From Candidatus Eiseniibacteriota bacterium (GTDB lineage Bacteria > Eisenbacteria > RBG-16-71-46 > CAIMUX01 > VGJL01), in assembly GCA_041946735.1 (NCBI GenBank), contig JBHGAY010000019.1, forward strand, positions 1 to 64,000: a DNA stretch of 64,000 bases. The letters are read 5' to 3'. The notes beneath the pieces are model-generated. The model had not been told where the DNA came from. It did not search any database and worked only from the letters and a program-made list of their open reading frames with translations. The translations under genes were made by a program, and so were the position numbers. Of the stretch, positions 38,012 through 46,594 are shown piece after piece; positions within the stretch are counted from its first letter, which is position 1, and every line of letters begins with the position of its first letter.

Positions 38012-39832
38012 CTACTCCACCCGCACCCAACGCACCGCGTCGCGGCCGCCGGCCGGGCGGACGAGGTAGATCCCGGGCGCGACGGCGCGGCCCGCCGCGT
38101 CCTTGCCGTCCCACTCGGCCGCGCCCGGAGCGAGCGCGCGCACGAGCCGGCCTCCGGCGTCGAAGATCGACACGCCGGCCGACAGATCCCCCTCGATGCG
38201 CACGCGGTCGATGCCGGGATTCGGCGAGACCCTAAGCAGCCCCCGCACCGCGGCGGCCGCCGCGCCGTCCGGATCGTCGATCGCCGCCGACGGCCTTCCG
38301 AGGAAGCCGGTGTGGTCGATTCCGAGGTGGTAGTACGGCCACAGGATGTTCGCGTCGACCCAGGCGCCGGGCGCGTCCCATGCGTAGACGGTCTGGTTGT
38401 AGGCGAGCAGGAGCTCGACGCGTCCGTCGGCGTCCATGTCGGCCAGCGCGGGGTACGGCGGCGCCGCCGTTCCGAGGTTGACCGGCCAGCCCGAGTACGT
38501 CGTGCCGTCCGCGTGGAAGAGATACGCCTTGCTCTCCGCGACCGAGCAGCCGAACGGCGTGAAGCCCGACCCGGATCCGATCGCGATCTCGATCGTCCCA
38601 TCGCCGTCGACGTCGCCCACAGCCGGCGAGGATCCGTCGACGACGCAGTTGACGAGGACCGGCCACCCCTGCGCGACCGTCCCGTCGGCGTTCCAGACGT
38701 AGACGGTGCCGCACTGGCCGCAACTGCCGTCGACGATCTCCAGGTCGCCGTCCCCGTCGAGGTCGCCGACCGCGGGCGAGGAACTGACGTGCGAGCCGCT
38801 CGCCGGCGCGCGCGGGATCGTGAACGGCCAGCCGGCCACCTCGGTCCCGTCGTGGTTCCAGACGTGCATCTTCGCGTCGGTCTCGTAGGTGCCGACGATG
38901 ATCTCGTAGTCGCCGTCCCCGTCGAGGTCGGCGAGGGCCGGCGAGGCGATCACCGAGGTGTGCGTCTCCGTCAGCGTCGGCCATCCGGAAAGCGGGGTCC
39001 CATCGTGCGCGAAGCCGTAGACGCCGCCCGTGCTGCCGGGCTGGTAGTCGTACCAGGAGCCGACGAAGACCTCGAGGTCGCCGTCGCCGTCGACGTCCCC
39101 CACCGCGGGCGAGCACCGCTCGATGAAGTTCCCCGCCGTGACCGGCCAGCCGGGGACCGGCGTTCCGTCGCCGTGCCACGCCTGGAGCGTCCCGTCCTGC
39201 ACGCCGACGATGATCTCGAGGCCGTCGACGGAGGGATCGAGATCGGCGAGCGCCGCGGTCGAGCGGACGTTGCCGCCGACCGCGATCGGCCAGCCAGGCA
39301 ACGGCGTGCCGTCCGCGTGGAGCGCCCAGACCTCGTTACTCCCCCACGCTCCCACGACGATCTCCGGCTCGCCATCGCCGTCGACGTCGCCGATCGAAGG
39401 GGAGGCTGCGACGAAGAAGCCGATGCTGATCGGCCAGCCGGGCATCGGCGTGCCGTCCTGGCGGAAGACGTAGAGGTTGTTGCCGCTGCTGAGCGTCCCG
39501 ACCACCGTCTCGAGCCCCGGAGAGGTCGGATCGAGATCGGCGCAGACGGGAGGCGCCGCGCCGCCGAGAACCGACACCGGCCAGCCGGCGTGATCGGGGA
39601 ACACGAGCGGTTCCGGCGAAGCCGGTAATGCCGGTTCGCTCGCCGCCGGGATCGCGCTGCCGAGCGCGTGCAGGAGCCCCGCCGCGTCCGGAGTCGCGAT
39701 CGACGCGCCGGCGGGAAGCTCGGCGACCGCGATCGCGCCCTCGGACTCTCCAAGGGCGGGGACTGCGGCGAGCAGGAGGAGCGGGACGAAGACAAACGGA
39801 GCGAGCTTGCGGGACGAAGCGATCTTTCTCAT
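38012..39832 (-). CDS. Secreted FG-GAP-like repeat protein (GWP repeats) with FlgD-Ig/T9SS-like tail
   Basis: About seven DGT..GWP / SPA-x-[GA]D[LV]DGDG repeats; tail SPNPG...IFDAGGRLVR...WDGKD...APGIY; GGAGG RBS. Confidence 0.85.
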   Translation of the reverse strand: MRKIASSRKLAPFVFVPLLLLAAVPALGESEGAIAVAELPAGASIATPDAAGLLHALGSAIPAASEPALPASPEPLVFPDHAGWPVSVLGGAAPPVCADLDPTSPGLETVVGTLSSGNNLYVFRQDGTPMPGWPISIGFFVAASPSIGDVDGDGEPEIVVGAWGSNEVWALHADGTPLPGWPIAVGGNVRSTAALADLDPSVDGLEIIVGVQDGTLQAWHGDGTPVPGWPVTAGNFIERCSPAVGDVDGDGDLEVFVGSWYDYQPGSTGGVYGFAHDGTPLSGWPTLTETHTSVIASPALADLDGDGDYEIIVGTYETDAKMHVWNHDGTEVAGWPFTIPRAPASGSHVSSSPAVGDLDGDGDLEIVDGSCGQCGTVYVWNADGTVAQGWPVLVNCVVDGSSPAVGDVDGDGTIEIAIGSGSGFTPFGCSVAESKAYLFHADGTTYSGWPVNLGTAAPPYPALADMDADGRVELLLAYNQTVYAWDAPGAWVDANILWPYYHLGIDHTGFLGRPSAAIDDPDGAAAAAVRGLLRVSPNPGIDRVRIEGDLSAGVSIFDAGGRLVRALAPGAAEWDGKDAAGRAVAPGIYLVRPAGGRDAVRWVRVE

Positions 39833-39890
39833 GGGTACCTCCGTTTCGGTGCGCAACAAGGATACCACAGGAGCGCCGCGAATCGGACGG

Positions 39891-40853
39891 TCAGCTCGCG
39901 CGCAACGTCCGGGCGAGGAGGCGAACATGCTCCGGTGTCGTGCCGCAGCATCCCCCGAGGATGCGCACCCCGGCGTCGCGCAGCTCGAGCGACTTCGCGG
40001 CGAACGCCTCGGGCGAGAGCGGATGCACGAGCGCCGAGCCCCGCCTCTCCGGCAGGCCCGCGCTCGGCCGGAAGTAGAGCGGGAGATCGGTTGCCGCGCG
40101 AAACTCGCGCGCGAGCGCGACCATCTCCTCGATCGACGGAGCGCAGTTCGCGCCGAGGACCTCGGCGCCCGCTGCGGAGAGCGCGTCGCAGATCGTCCGC
40201 ACGTCCTCTCCGCCCGCCGCCCGGAAGGGAGGCCCTCCACGGGGAAACGCCATGGTCGCCATCACCGGAGTCTCCCCGTCCGCCGCTTCGCGCGCGGCGT
40301 CGACGGCGATCACCGCCTCGCGCAGGTCGGTCATCGTCTCGACGGCGATCGCGTCGACGCTGCCCGCGTGCAGGCGCATGGCGGCAAGGAAGCTTTCCCG
40401 CAGCTCCTCGGGGGTGACGTCGCCACCGGGTCCCAGGCGCCTGCCGGAAGGGCCGCAGGAGCCGAAGACGAACCTCGGGATGAACTGGACCTGCCCGGCT
40501 CGCTTCCCGCGAGTCCACTGCTCGACGACGGCCATTCGCGCCGCGGCGATCCCAGCCCTGACAACCTCCTTGAGTTCCCCGGACAAATCGAGGGAGGCGA
40601 GGCGAAGGGGCGTCGCTCCCAGGGTGTTCGTGGTGACGATCTCCGCGCCGGCCTCGAGATAGCGCCGGGCGATCTCCTGGACCATCGCATAGCGCGCGAT
40701 GTTCCACGACTCCGGCGGCGGCGGCAGTCCGCGCGCAAGAAGCTGCGTGCCGGTCGCGCCGTCAGCCACGCGGACGATCCCCTCGCCCAGCCACCCGCGT
40801 AGGAAGCTCCCGCGCCGCTTCGGATGGTCCGGGCGATCCGCTCGCGCTCGCAT
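39891..40853 (-). CDS. Stand-alone homocysteine S-methyltransferase family protein
   Basis: DGATGTQL, YLEAGAEIVTTNT, GSCGPSG, VETM, GANC and GGCCGTTPEH (three Zn-binding Cys). Confidence 0.9.
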   Translation of the reverse strand: MRARADRPDHPKRRGSFLRGWLGEGIVRVADGATGTQLLARGLPPPPESWNIARYAMVQEIARRYLEAGAEIVTTNTLGATPLRLASLDLSGELKEVVRAGIAAARMAVVEQWTRGKRAGQVQFIPRFVFGSCGPSGRRLGPGGDVTPEELRESFLAAMRLHAGSVDAIAVETMTDLREAVIAVDAAREAADGETPVMATMAFPRGGPPFRAAGGEDVRTICDALSAAGAEVLGANCAPSIEEMVALAREFRAATDLPLYFRPSAGLPERRGSALVHPLSPEAFAAKSLELRDAGVRILGGCCGTTPEHVRLLARTLRAS

Positions 40854-41008
40854 GACGATCCTCCTTCCCTCCGCGAGCAGGATGGAGCCGGACGGGCGGC
40901 AAGGGCAAGAGCGGCACGAGCGGCAAGAGCGGCGCGAGGGCAGAGCGAGGGCGGAGCGAGTGATCGCTCCGCCCCTGCGCCGCCTTCCTCGAAGCTTCCG
41001 CCGGCTTC

Positions 41009-44000
41009 CTATTTCAGAAGCGTGACGGTGCGGACCGAGAGGGCGTCCGGCGTGTCGAGCCGGACGAAGTAGACGCCGGACGGCAGCGGGCGCCCCGCGC
41101 CATCTCGGCCGTCGAAGTAGATCGTGTGCGAGCCGGCCGCAACCGGCCCGTCGACGAGCCGGCGCACGACGCGCCCGCTGACGTCGACGACCTCGAGCCG
41201 CGCCGCCATCGCCCGCGCGATCGCGAAGCGGATCGCCGTGCGCGGGTTGAACGGATTGGGCCGGCAGTCCTCGATGGAGGTCCTGAGAATCGTCGCGCCG
41301 TCCTCCGCGCCCGTCACCGGCCGCCGGTTCGCCGTCAGCTGGAAGTCGTCGACCGCCGCCTCGACGAGCGATCCGGGCGCGACGTCGCCCGCGACGAAGC
41401 GCACGCGCACCTGATCGGTCAGCGCCACGTAGGCGGCCAGATCGAACGCGTAATGCGTCCAGGAGTTTGCGCTCTCCGTCGTGTGCTCGAGGTGCACCCA
41501 GTTCGCCCCGTCCGCGGTCACGTCGACGTCCCACGTGTCGAGGTCCGGGCTGTTGCCGAGATCGTTCGTGTACCAGCGCCAGTACTCGATCGAGGCCGAG
41601 GTGGCATCGCCGAGATCGAACACCGGCGACAGCAGCGTCGTCTTGCCGCCGTCGACGTCCGCCTCCCCCGCCGCGCCGCCGACCGACCCGTTGCCGGTCA
41701 CGAAGCAGATCGTCCCGGGAGTCGAGGTGTGGTCGTCCTCCGGCTGGCACGGACTGCCGTTGTAGACCGTCCCGACCGGATCGGCCCGCGTCCAGCGCCC
41801 GCTCGACGCGTCGTCGTCGGGCGCGGCGAGCGCCCATCCACGGTCCGCCTCCGCGTCGTCGACCCACGCGCCGACGAAGACCTCGTACTCGAGGTCGGTC
41901 TCGTACCCCATCGGACAGGAGATCGCGAGCTGGAGCGCGAGCGCGCTCGGGCTCGGGCAGCCCGGAAGCACCCGCAGGCCGAAGCCGCCGATCACCCCCT
42001 CGCCGCTCGCCGTCACGCGCAGGCAAACCCCCTCGCCGTCCGTCACGACGACGTTCGGATCGGAGCAGGTCAGCGTCCCGGTGAGGTTGCACGCGTCGGC
42101 GTGGCCCGCGTTCGCGACCTCGGCGGTGAAGAAGACCGTCTCGTCCGGATCGATCCCGCCGTCGCCGTTGCCGTAAGGCGCGGAGTCGTCGATCCCCACC
42201 GGCCCGGAGAGGAGCGCCGGAGCGTGGACGAGGGTCGAGAACGCCGAATCCCAATCGCCCTGATCGGCGTGCGCCGAGGCGGTCCACGCGATGACGTAGC
42301 CGTCCGGCGCGTGGCCGGCCACCCGCACCCCCTGCCCGCTCGGCGAGACGACGACCTCGCCCGGCGCGATGTCGCCGAAGTCCAGTTCGTTGGAGGTGAT
42401 CACGACGAGCGGATCGGCGCTCGCCGCCGAGCCGGTCACGTGCGTCGCCGGCTGCGTCCCGACGTTCTTCAGCGCCAGCTTGAGCGTCGCGTCCTCTCCC
42501 GCGTCGAGGTAACCGTCCGCGTCGCCGGTGAGAGCGTCCTCGATCACGACGTGATCGAGGACGAGATACGGGCCGCTCGGCGGGATGACCTGCGTGGTCC
42601 CCTCGAACGGCAGGAAGTCGTGCGCCGCGACGGTCAGGCGCAGCGTGCAGGGAACCACCGGCTGCGGATGCAGGACGACCTGACCCGCCAGGTTCGTCAC
42701 GCCGGTGTCGTAGACGCCGAAGCTCTCGTCGTAGACCGTCACCTGCGCGCCCGCGATCGGAAGGCCGCCGAGTTGCGTCACCGCGACCGGATAGTCGGGA
42801 TTGCCGATCACGAACGCCTGCGGATAGCTGACGCTCGCCGTCCGCGGCGCCGCCGTCCACAGGTGCATCGCCGGATCGCCGAAGAGGTTCAGCTCGTAAT
42901 AGCACCAGCGATTCGCGCCGTAGTCGATCGCCCAGAGGACGTCGACCCTCGAGTCGTCGTTGACGGGGCCGATCGCGTAGATGCGCTCGGAGAACATCGC
43001 GTCGAAGAACTCCCGGTCGAAGAACTGCGAGGAGCCGTTCGTCCCGCCCGGATCGCCCCATCCGTAGCGGGAGTTCATGACGACCGCGGCGGCGCCGTGG
43101 TCGTCGGTCTGGAACTCCTCGGCGAAGCAGTCGCTGCCGTAGCCGCCGCCGTCGCCGCGGTTGTCGAACGATCCGCAGTAGCAGCCCTGGCTGTAGACGA
43201 AGTTGTAGCTGTGGGTGACACCGTCGTTGTCGAAGGAGGGGATGTCGGTATTGTACAGCTTCATCGCGTAGTCCACGTTGGCGTGTCCCAAGTGGTTCAC
43301 GATGTTCATCCCGCTCTCCATCCGCTGGATCAGCTGCGCGCCGGACCAGGTCCCCTCGTGGTCGTAAAGCCACGTGACGTTCATCGAGCCGGGGAACCCG
43401 ACCGTCGTGTAGCCGTTGGCGCTCGAGCCGAGACGCACCTCTTCCTTGTACGTGTCGCCGTAGGTGAGCGGGTTCGACCAGAGCAGCTCGCCCGCCATCA
43501 TCGCCTCGCCGCTTTCCGCGACGACCGGCGCATTGGCATAGCGCGTCGTCTTCGTCACGAACGCGCTCATCTCGGCCGCCTCGTCGACGCACGCGCGTCC
43601 GACCGCGACCTCCGGAATCATGTCCGCCTCGGCCGGCTCTCCCCAGTAGCCGTCGCCATCGGTGTTCCAGTTGCCGTCGAGGCCTCCATAGTACAGGTCG
43701 GCGGGAATGTCGCTGTCGGAGTCGCCGTAGTCGGTGCTCGAGTAGAGCCCGCGATGCGGGATTCCGTTGGCGTCGCGCGCGTCGCCGACGAGGAGCAGGT
43801 AGTCGGAGCCCCAGGTCTGGTACGCGTCCTTCACGAACTCGCGAATCTTCGCCTGGTCGTCGACGCCTGTATAGTTCGCCACGATCCAGGACATCAGGAA
43901 GATCGCCGCCTTATGGCCGCGCGCGCTCTCGAAAGCGACGAGCGGCGCGCACCCCGCCGCCCAGCTCTCGGTGGTGACGATCAGGTAGGTGATCCCGAGC

Positions 44001-44707
44001 GAGGGATCGAGCGCGCGGCTCCCGCCGGCAGGCTGGACCAAATCGTAGGCGCTCGCGTCGCCCGGATTGTCCACGCGCCCGGCGAGCGTCTCGCGGGTCG
44101 AGGCGTCCTTGCGCAGCATCGCTTCGGTCTCCCGGTACGCGGCGAGGCTCGGAGCGGTCTCCACCTCGACGTCGAAGGAGCGAACGACCGACAGCCGTCC
44201 CTCCGCGGGAATGTACTCGAAGGGATGGAGCACGACGGTCAGGATCCGGTAGCCGCGATAGAGCGCGGCGTGCGGCTCGTCGTTCCACCGTCCGGGGAAA
44301 GGAAGCGACGAGCCGTAGATCGCCGGATCGCCTTCGACGCGCGCGGGCGGCTCGCCGGAAGAGAGATGCGCCTGCGGCTGGCCCGGAGCGATTTCGATCC
44401 CGCTCCCGAGCTCGTGGCGCTCGCCCGGCAGGACGGAGATGCGCACCAGCTCCTCCCCGGGGGGAAGCAGCAACCGCGCGCCGATCATCGGAAGGACCGG
44501 CTCGCCGGGCCGGCCGAAACTCCACGCTCCCTCGAGCGTGACCTGGACCCCTTGGCCGGTCCGCTCCAGGACCGGCTCGGCGAAGTCGTAGTGCTGGCGG
44601 AGAACGGTCGCGCCGGCCAGCGTGGCGAAGGTCAGGGTACCGAGGATCGCCAGGGCGATCCCCAGCCCAATGCGGGCGGTGCCCGCGCACGGCCTCGCGA
44701 AGTGCAT
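41009..44707 (-). CDS. Gingipain-like C25 cysteine peptidase with propeptide, Ig-like modules and FlgD/T9SS-like tail
   Basis: Propeptide GEPVLP; YLIVT, YLLLVGD, ADLYY, VAVGR; catalytic-type HLGH and SQGC; NLFGDP; tail PNPFNP...LPSGVYFVRL. Confidence 0.9.
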   Translation of the reverse strand: MHFARPCAGTARIGLGIALAILGTLTFATLAGATVLRQHYDFAEPVLERTGQGVQVTLEGAWSFGRPGEPVLPMIGARLLLPPGEELVRISVLPGERHELGSGIEIAPGQPQAHLSSGEPPARVEGDPAIYGSSLPFPGRWNDEPHAALYRGYRILTVVLHPFEYIPAEGRLSVVRSFDVEVETAPSLAAYRETEAMLRKDASTRETLAGRVDNPGDASAYDLVQPAGGSRALDPSLGITYLIVTTESWAAGCAPLVAFESARGHKAAIFLMSWIVANYTGVDDQAKIREFVKDAYQTWGSDYLLLVGDARDANGIPHRGLYSSTDYGDSDSDIPADLYYGGLDGNWNTDGDGYWGEPAEADMIPEVAVGRACVDEAAEMSAFVTKTTRYANAPVVAESGEAMMAGELLWSNPLTYGDTYKEEVRLGSSANGYTTVGFPGSMNVTWLYDHEGTWSGAQLIQRMESGMNIVNHLGHANVDYAMKLYNTDIPSFDNDGVTHSYNFVYSQGCYCGSFDNRGDGGGYGSDCFAEEFQTDDHGAAAVVMNSRYGWGDPGGTNGSSQFFDREFFDAMFSERIYAIGPVNDDSRVDVLWAIDYGANRWCYYELNLFGDPAMHLWTAAPRTASVSYPQAFVIGNPDYPVAVTQLGGLPIAGAQVTVYDESFGVYDTGVTNLAGQVVLHPQPVVPCTLRLTVAAHDFLPFEGTTQVIPPSGPYLVLDHVVIEDALTGDADGYLDAGEDATLKLALKNVGTQPATHVTGSAASADPLVVITSNELDFGDIAPGEVVVSPSGQGVRVAGHAPDGYVIAWTASAHADQGDWDSAFSTLVHAPALLSGPVGIDDSAPYGNGDGGIDPDETVFFTAEVANAGHADACNLTGTLTCSDPNVVVTDGEGVCLRVTASGEGVIGGFGLRVLPGCPSPSALALQLAISCPMGYETDLEYEVFVGAWVDDAEADRGWALAAPDDDASSGRWTRADPVGTVYNGSPCQPEDDHTSTPGTICFVTGNGSVGGAAGEADVDGGKTTLLSPVFDLGDATSASIEYWRWYTNDLGNSPDLDTWDVDVTADGANWVHLEHTTESANSWTHYAFDLAAYVALTDQVRVRFVAGDVAPGSLVEAAVDDFQLTANRRPVTGAEDGATILRTSIEDCRPNPFNPRTAIRFAIARAMAARLEVVDVSGRVVRRLVDGPVAAGSHTIYFDGRDGAGRPLPSGVYFVRLDTPDALSVRTVTLLK

Positions 44708-44926
44708 TCCTGCAGACCTCCTTGGATGGAAGAAGCGAGGCCGGCAGACCCGCCGCCGTGCGGCATCGGGGCGAAAGAATCGGGTCGTGGGCGGCCTCTC
44801 CACACCGCGCCTGCACGCCGGGCACGCGATCGCCGGGCGCCCGAGGGGGACGCGGGGAGAGACGGGAAGGTCGGTTGCGGCCGTCCTGCGGTCCACGCGG
44901 CCCCATGCCGCGTGCAAGCAGGGGCA

Positions 44927-44955
44927 ATTGTACAGGCGACGGCGGGGCCCCTCAA
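44927..44955 (-). promoter_or_regulatory. Sigma70-type promoter upstream of the C25 peptidase gene
   Basis: TTGAGG-N17-TACAAT on the minus strand. Confidence 0.5.
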
Positions 44956-45491
44956 GGCGGGAGGGAGGCGCCGGATGCGGGAGGGAAGCACACGGGAGGG
45001 AAGGGAGGGAGGGACGGAGGGGGGCGCTCGGCGGGCCCGGCGGTGCCGGCGCCGTCTTCCCGGGTCAGCGCGGCGCTCGCACGCCTGCGGGCGGCATGTT
45101 CCCGCGTCAACACGGCGCTCGCACGCGCTCGCGAGGCAGGTTCCCGCGTCACCATGGCGCTCGCACGCGCTGGCGAGGCATGTTCCCGCCGCACCTTGGC
45201 GCTCGCACGCGACCGTGAGGCAGGTTCCCGCGTCACCTTGGCGCTCGCACGCGACCGCGAGGCATGTTCCCGCCGCACCTTGGCGCTCGCACGCGACCGC
45301 GAGGCAGGTTCCCGCGTCACCTTGGCGCTTGCACGCGCTCGCGAGGCAGGTTCCCGCGTCACCATGGCGTTCGCACGCGCCCGCGAGCCAGGTTCCCGCC
45401 GCACCATGGCGCTCGCGCGCGCTCGTGAGGCATGTTCCCGCCGCACCATGACGTTCGCACGCGTTCGGTCGCCGTATTCCCGCCGCAACAT
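44952..45491 (-). CDS. Possible Arg/Ala/Ser-rich 14-aa repeat protein encoded by the array
   Basis: ATG at the array boundary with GGAG 7 nt upstream; unit MVTREPASRARASA. Other frames are also open. Confidence 0.3.
   Translation of the reverse strand: MLRREYGDRTRANVMVRREHASRARASAMVRREPGSRARANAMVTREPASRARASAKVTREPASRSRASAKVRREHASRSRASAKVTREPASRSRASAKVRREHASPARASAMVTREPASRARASAVLTREHAARRRASAALTREDGAGTAGPAERPPPSLPPFPPVCFPPASGASLPP
45072..45491. repeat. Tandem array of about 10 x 42-bp units, consensus GGCGCTCGCACGCGCTCGCGAGGCAGGTTCCCGCGTCACCAT
   Basis: Units start at 45072, 45114, 45156 ... 45450 with exact 42-bp spacing, no indels and degenerate ends. Confidence 0.95.
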
Positions 45492-45696
45492 GGCTGTTCT
45501 CCGCCAATGTGCGCCGCGGCGCGGCCGCAGCGCCGCCCCCTCACGCCCTCCAACGCTATCGTTATTCTTTTTCTCTTCGAGCTTGCGACATCCCCGTTTA
45601 TGAAATCGACCTCTCCACAAAAATAAATTTCCGGGGCAACTCCAACATTCCTGGCAACTTGCACGAAACCGCCCCCGCTCGCGTCCCTGCGCCGCG

Positions 45697-45721
45697 TATC
45701 CTTTCGACCCCCTCGTGCGTA
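45697..45721 (+). promoter_or_regulatory. Putative ECF-sigma-type promoter TATCCTTT-N13-CGTA
   Basis: Same motif as 5788-5812, about 65 bp upstream of the 45787 start. Confidence 0.4.
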
Positions 45722-45786
45722 TGGGATGTAGAGCCTCGCCGGCCGGGCCCCGAAGGTCCTTTTCCCGGCGGGGTGGGGAGGATCAG

Positions 45787-46482
45787 ATGAGACTGCCATC
45801 GCGGTCCACCAGTGCACGGATCCTGCTCGTCTTCTACGGCGCCTACCTCATGGTCCGGCTCGGCGTGGAGTCGCTCCTCGCCGAGATCCTGGAGTTCTTC
45901 CGTCCCTTCCAGGAGCGGCTCACCTCCTGCCTGGAGGCCTACGACCGGGCGGTGCTGCGCGCGCAGCAGGCGCTCGCGCTGCGCGATCACCGCGACTTCC
46001 TCCTGGATCGTGAGATCCTGATGCTCTACAACGTGCTCCTCGCGCGCGTCGGCGGAGACCGCGACGCCGCTTCGTTCCGGGCCTACTTCCCCGACGGGCT
46101 GCCCGCCGTCACCCGCGTCGCCGCGCCCTACGAGCTGCGGCGCGTGGCGGTGCTCCAGCAGAAGCTCGCCGAGGAGGCGATCCCGGAGATCGCGGCGTAC
46201 GGCGCGCCGATCGCGGCGGCCGCGCAGGCCCTCCAGGAGGCGCTCGACGGGTACACGCAGGCGCTCACGGCGCGCGAGGCGGCGTCCGGGCTGCTCGAGG
46301 TCGAGAAGGCCAAGTGGCTCGACGGCTACGCGCAGACGTTCCGCCGCCTGCAGCTCCACTTCCACGACGACCCGAAGCGGGCGGAGGAGTTCTTCCGGGT
46401 CCGCCCGCGGAAGGGAACGCCCATCGAGGAGCCGAAGGCGACGGCGCCCGAGCCGGCGCAGAGCGCGACGGCGACGTCGTAG
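45787..46482 (+). CDS. Hypothetical all-alpha protein (YFPDG motif)
   Basis: GGAGG RBS, strong GC3 bias, long amphipathic helices, no signal peptide evident. Confidence 0.8.
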   Translation: MRLPSRSTSARILLVFYGAYLMVRLGVESLLAEILEFFRPFQERLTSCLEAYDRAVLRAQQALALRDHRDFLLDREILMLYNVLLARVGGDRDAASFRAYFPDGLPAVTRVAAPYELRRVAVLQQKLAEEAIPEIAAYGAPIAAAAQALQEALDGYTQALTAREAASGLLEVEKAKWLDGYAQTFRRLQLHFHDDPKRAEEFFRVRPRKGTPIEEPKATAPEPAQSATATS

Positions 46483-46594
46483 CCGCGGGCCGGCTCCCGG
46501 TCTAGACAAGGGCGCGCTCCGGGCCGGGGGTCCCGGGGCGCGTCTCCTTGCGGGCGGCAGGCGATCCGGAACCTTCTCGCTCGCTCCGTCGGCG

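Noticed and set aside
40905..40940. Short 9-bp repeats (GCAAGAGCG-like) in an intergenic gap
   Set aside because: Only about four degenerate copies with no supportable function.
41009..44707. C25 protein as the T9SS sortase PorU
   Set aside because: The propeptide, adhesin-like modules and location away from porV fit a cargo protease better. Not fully excluded without a phylogeny.
39891..45451. 1233-aa and 1441-aa ORFs overlapping the C25 gene, and an apparent methyltransferase fusion
   Set aside because: Shadow frames. Only the last ~320 aa of the 1233-aa ORF is a recognisable protein.
45072..45491. 42-bp array as a CRISPR array
   Set aside because: Units are contiguous with no unique spacers, and no cas genes are present in the window.
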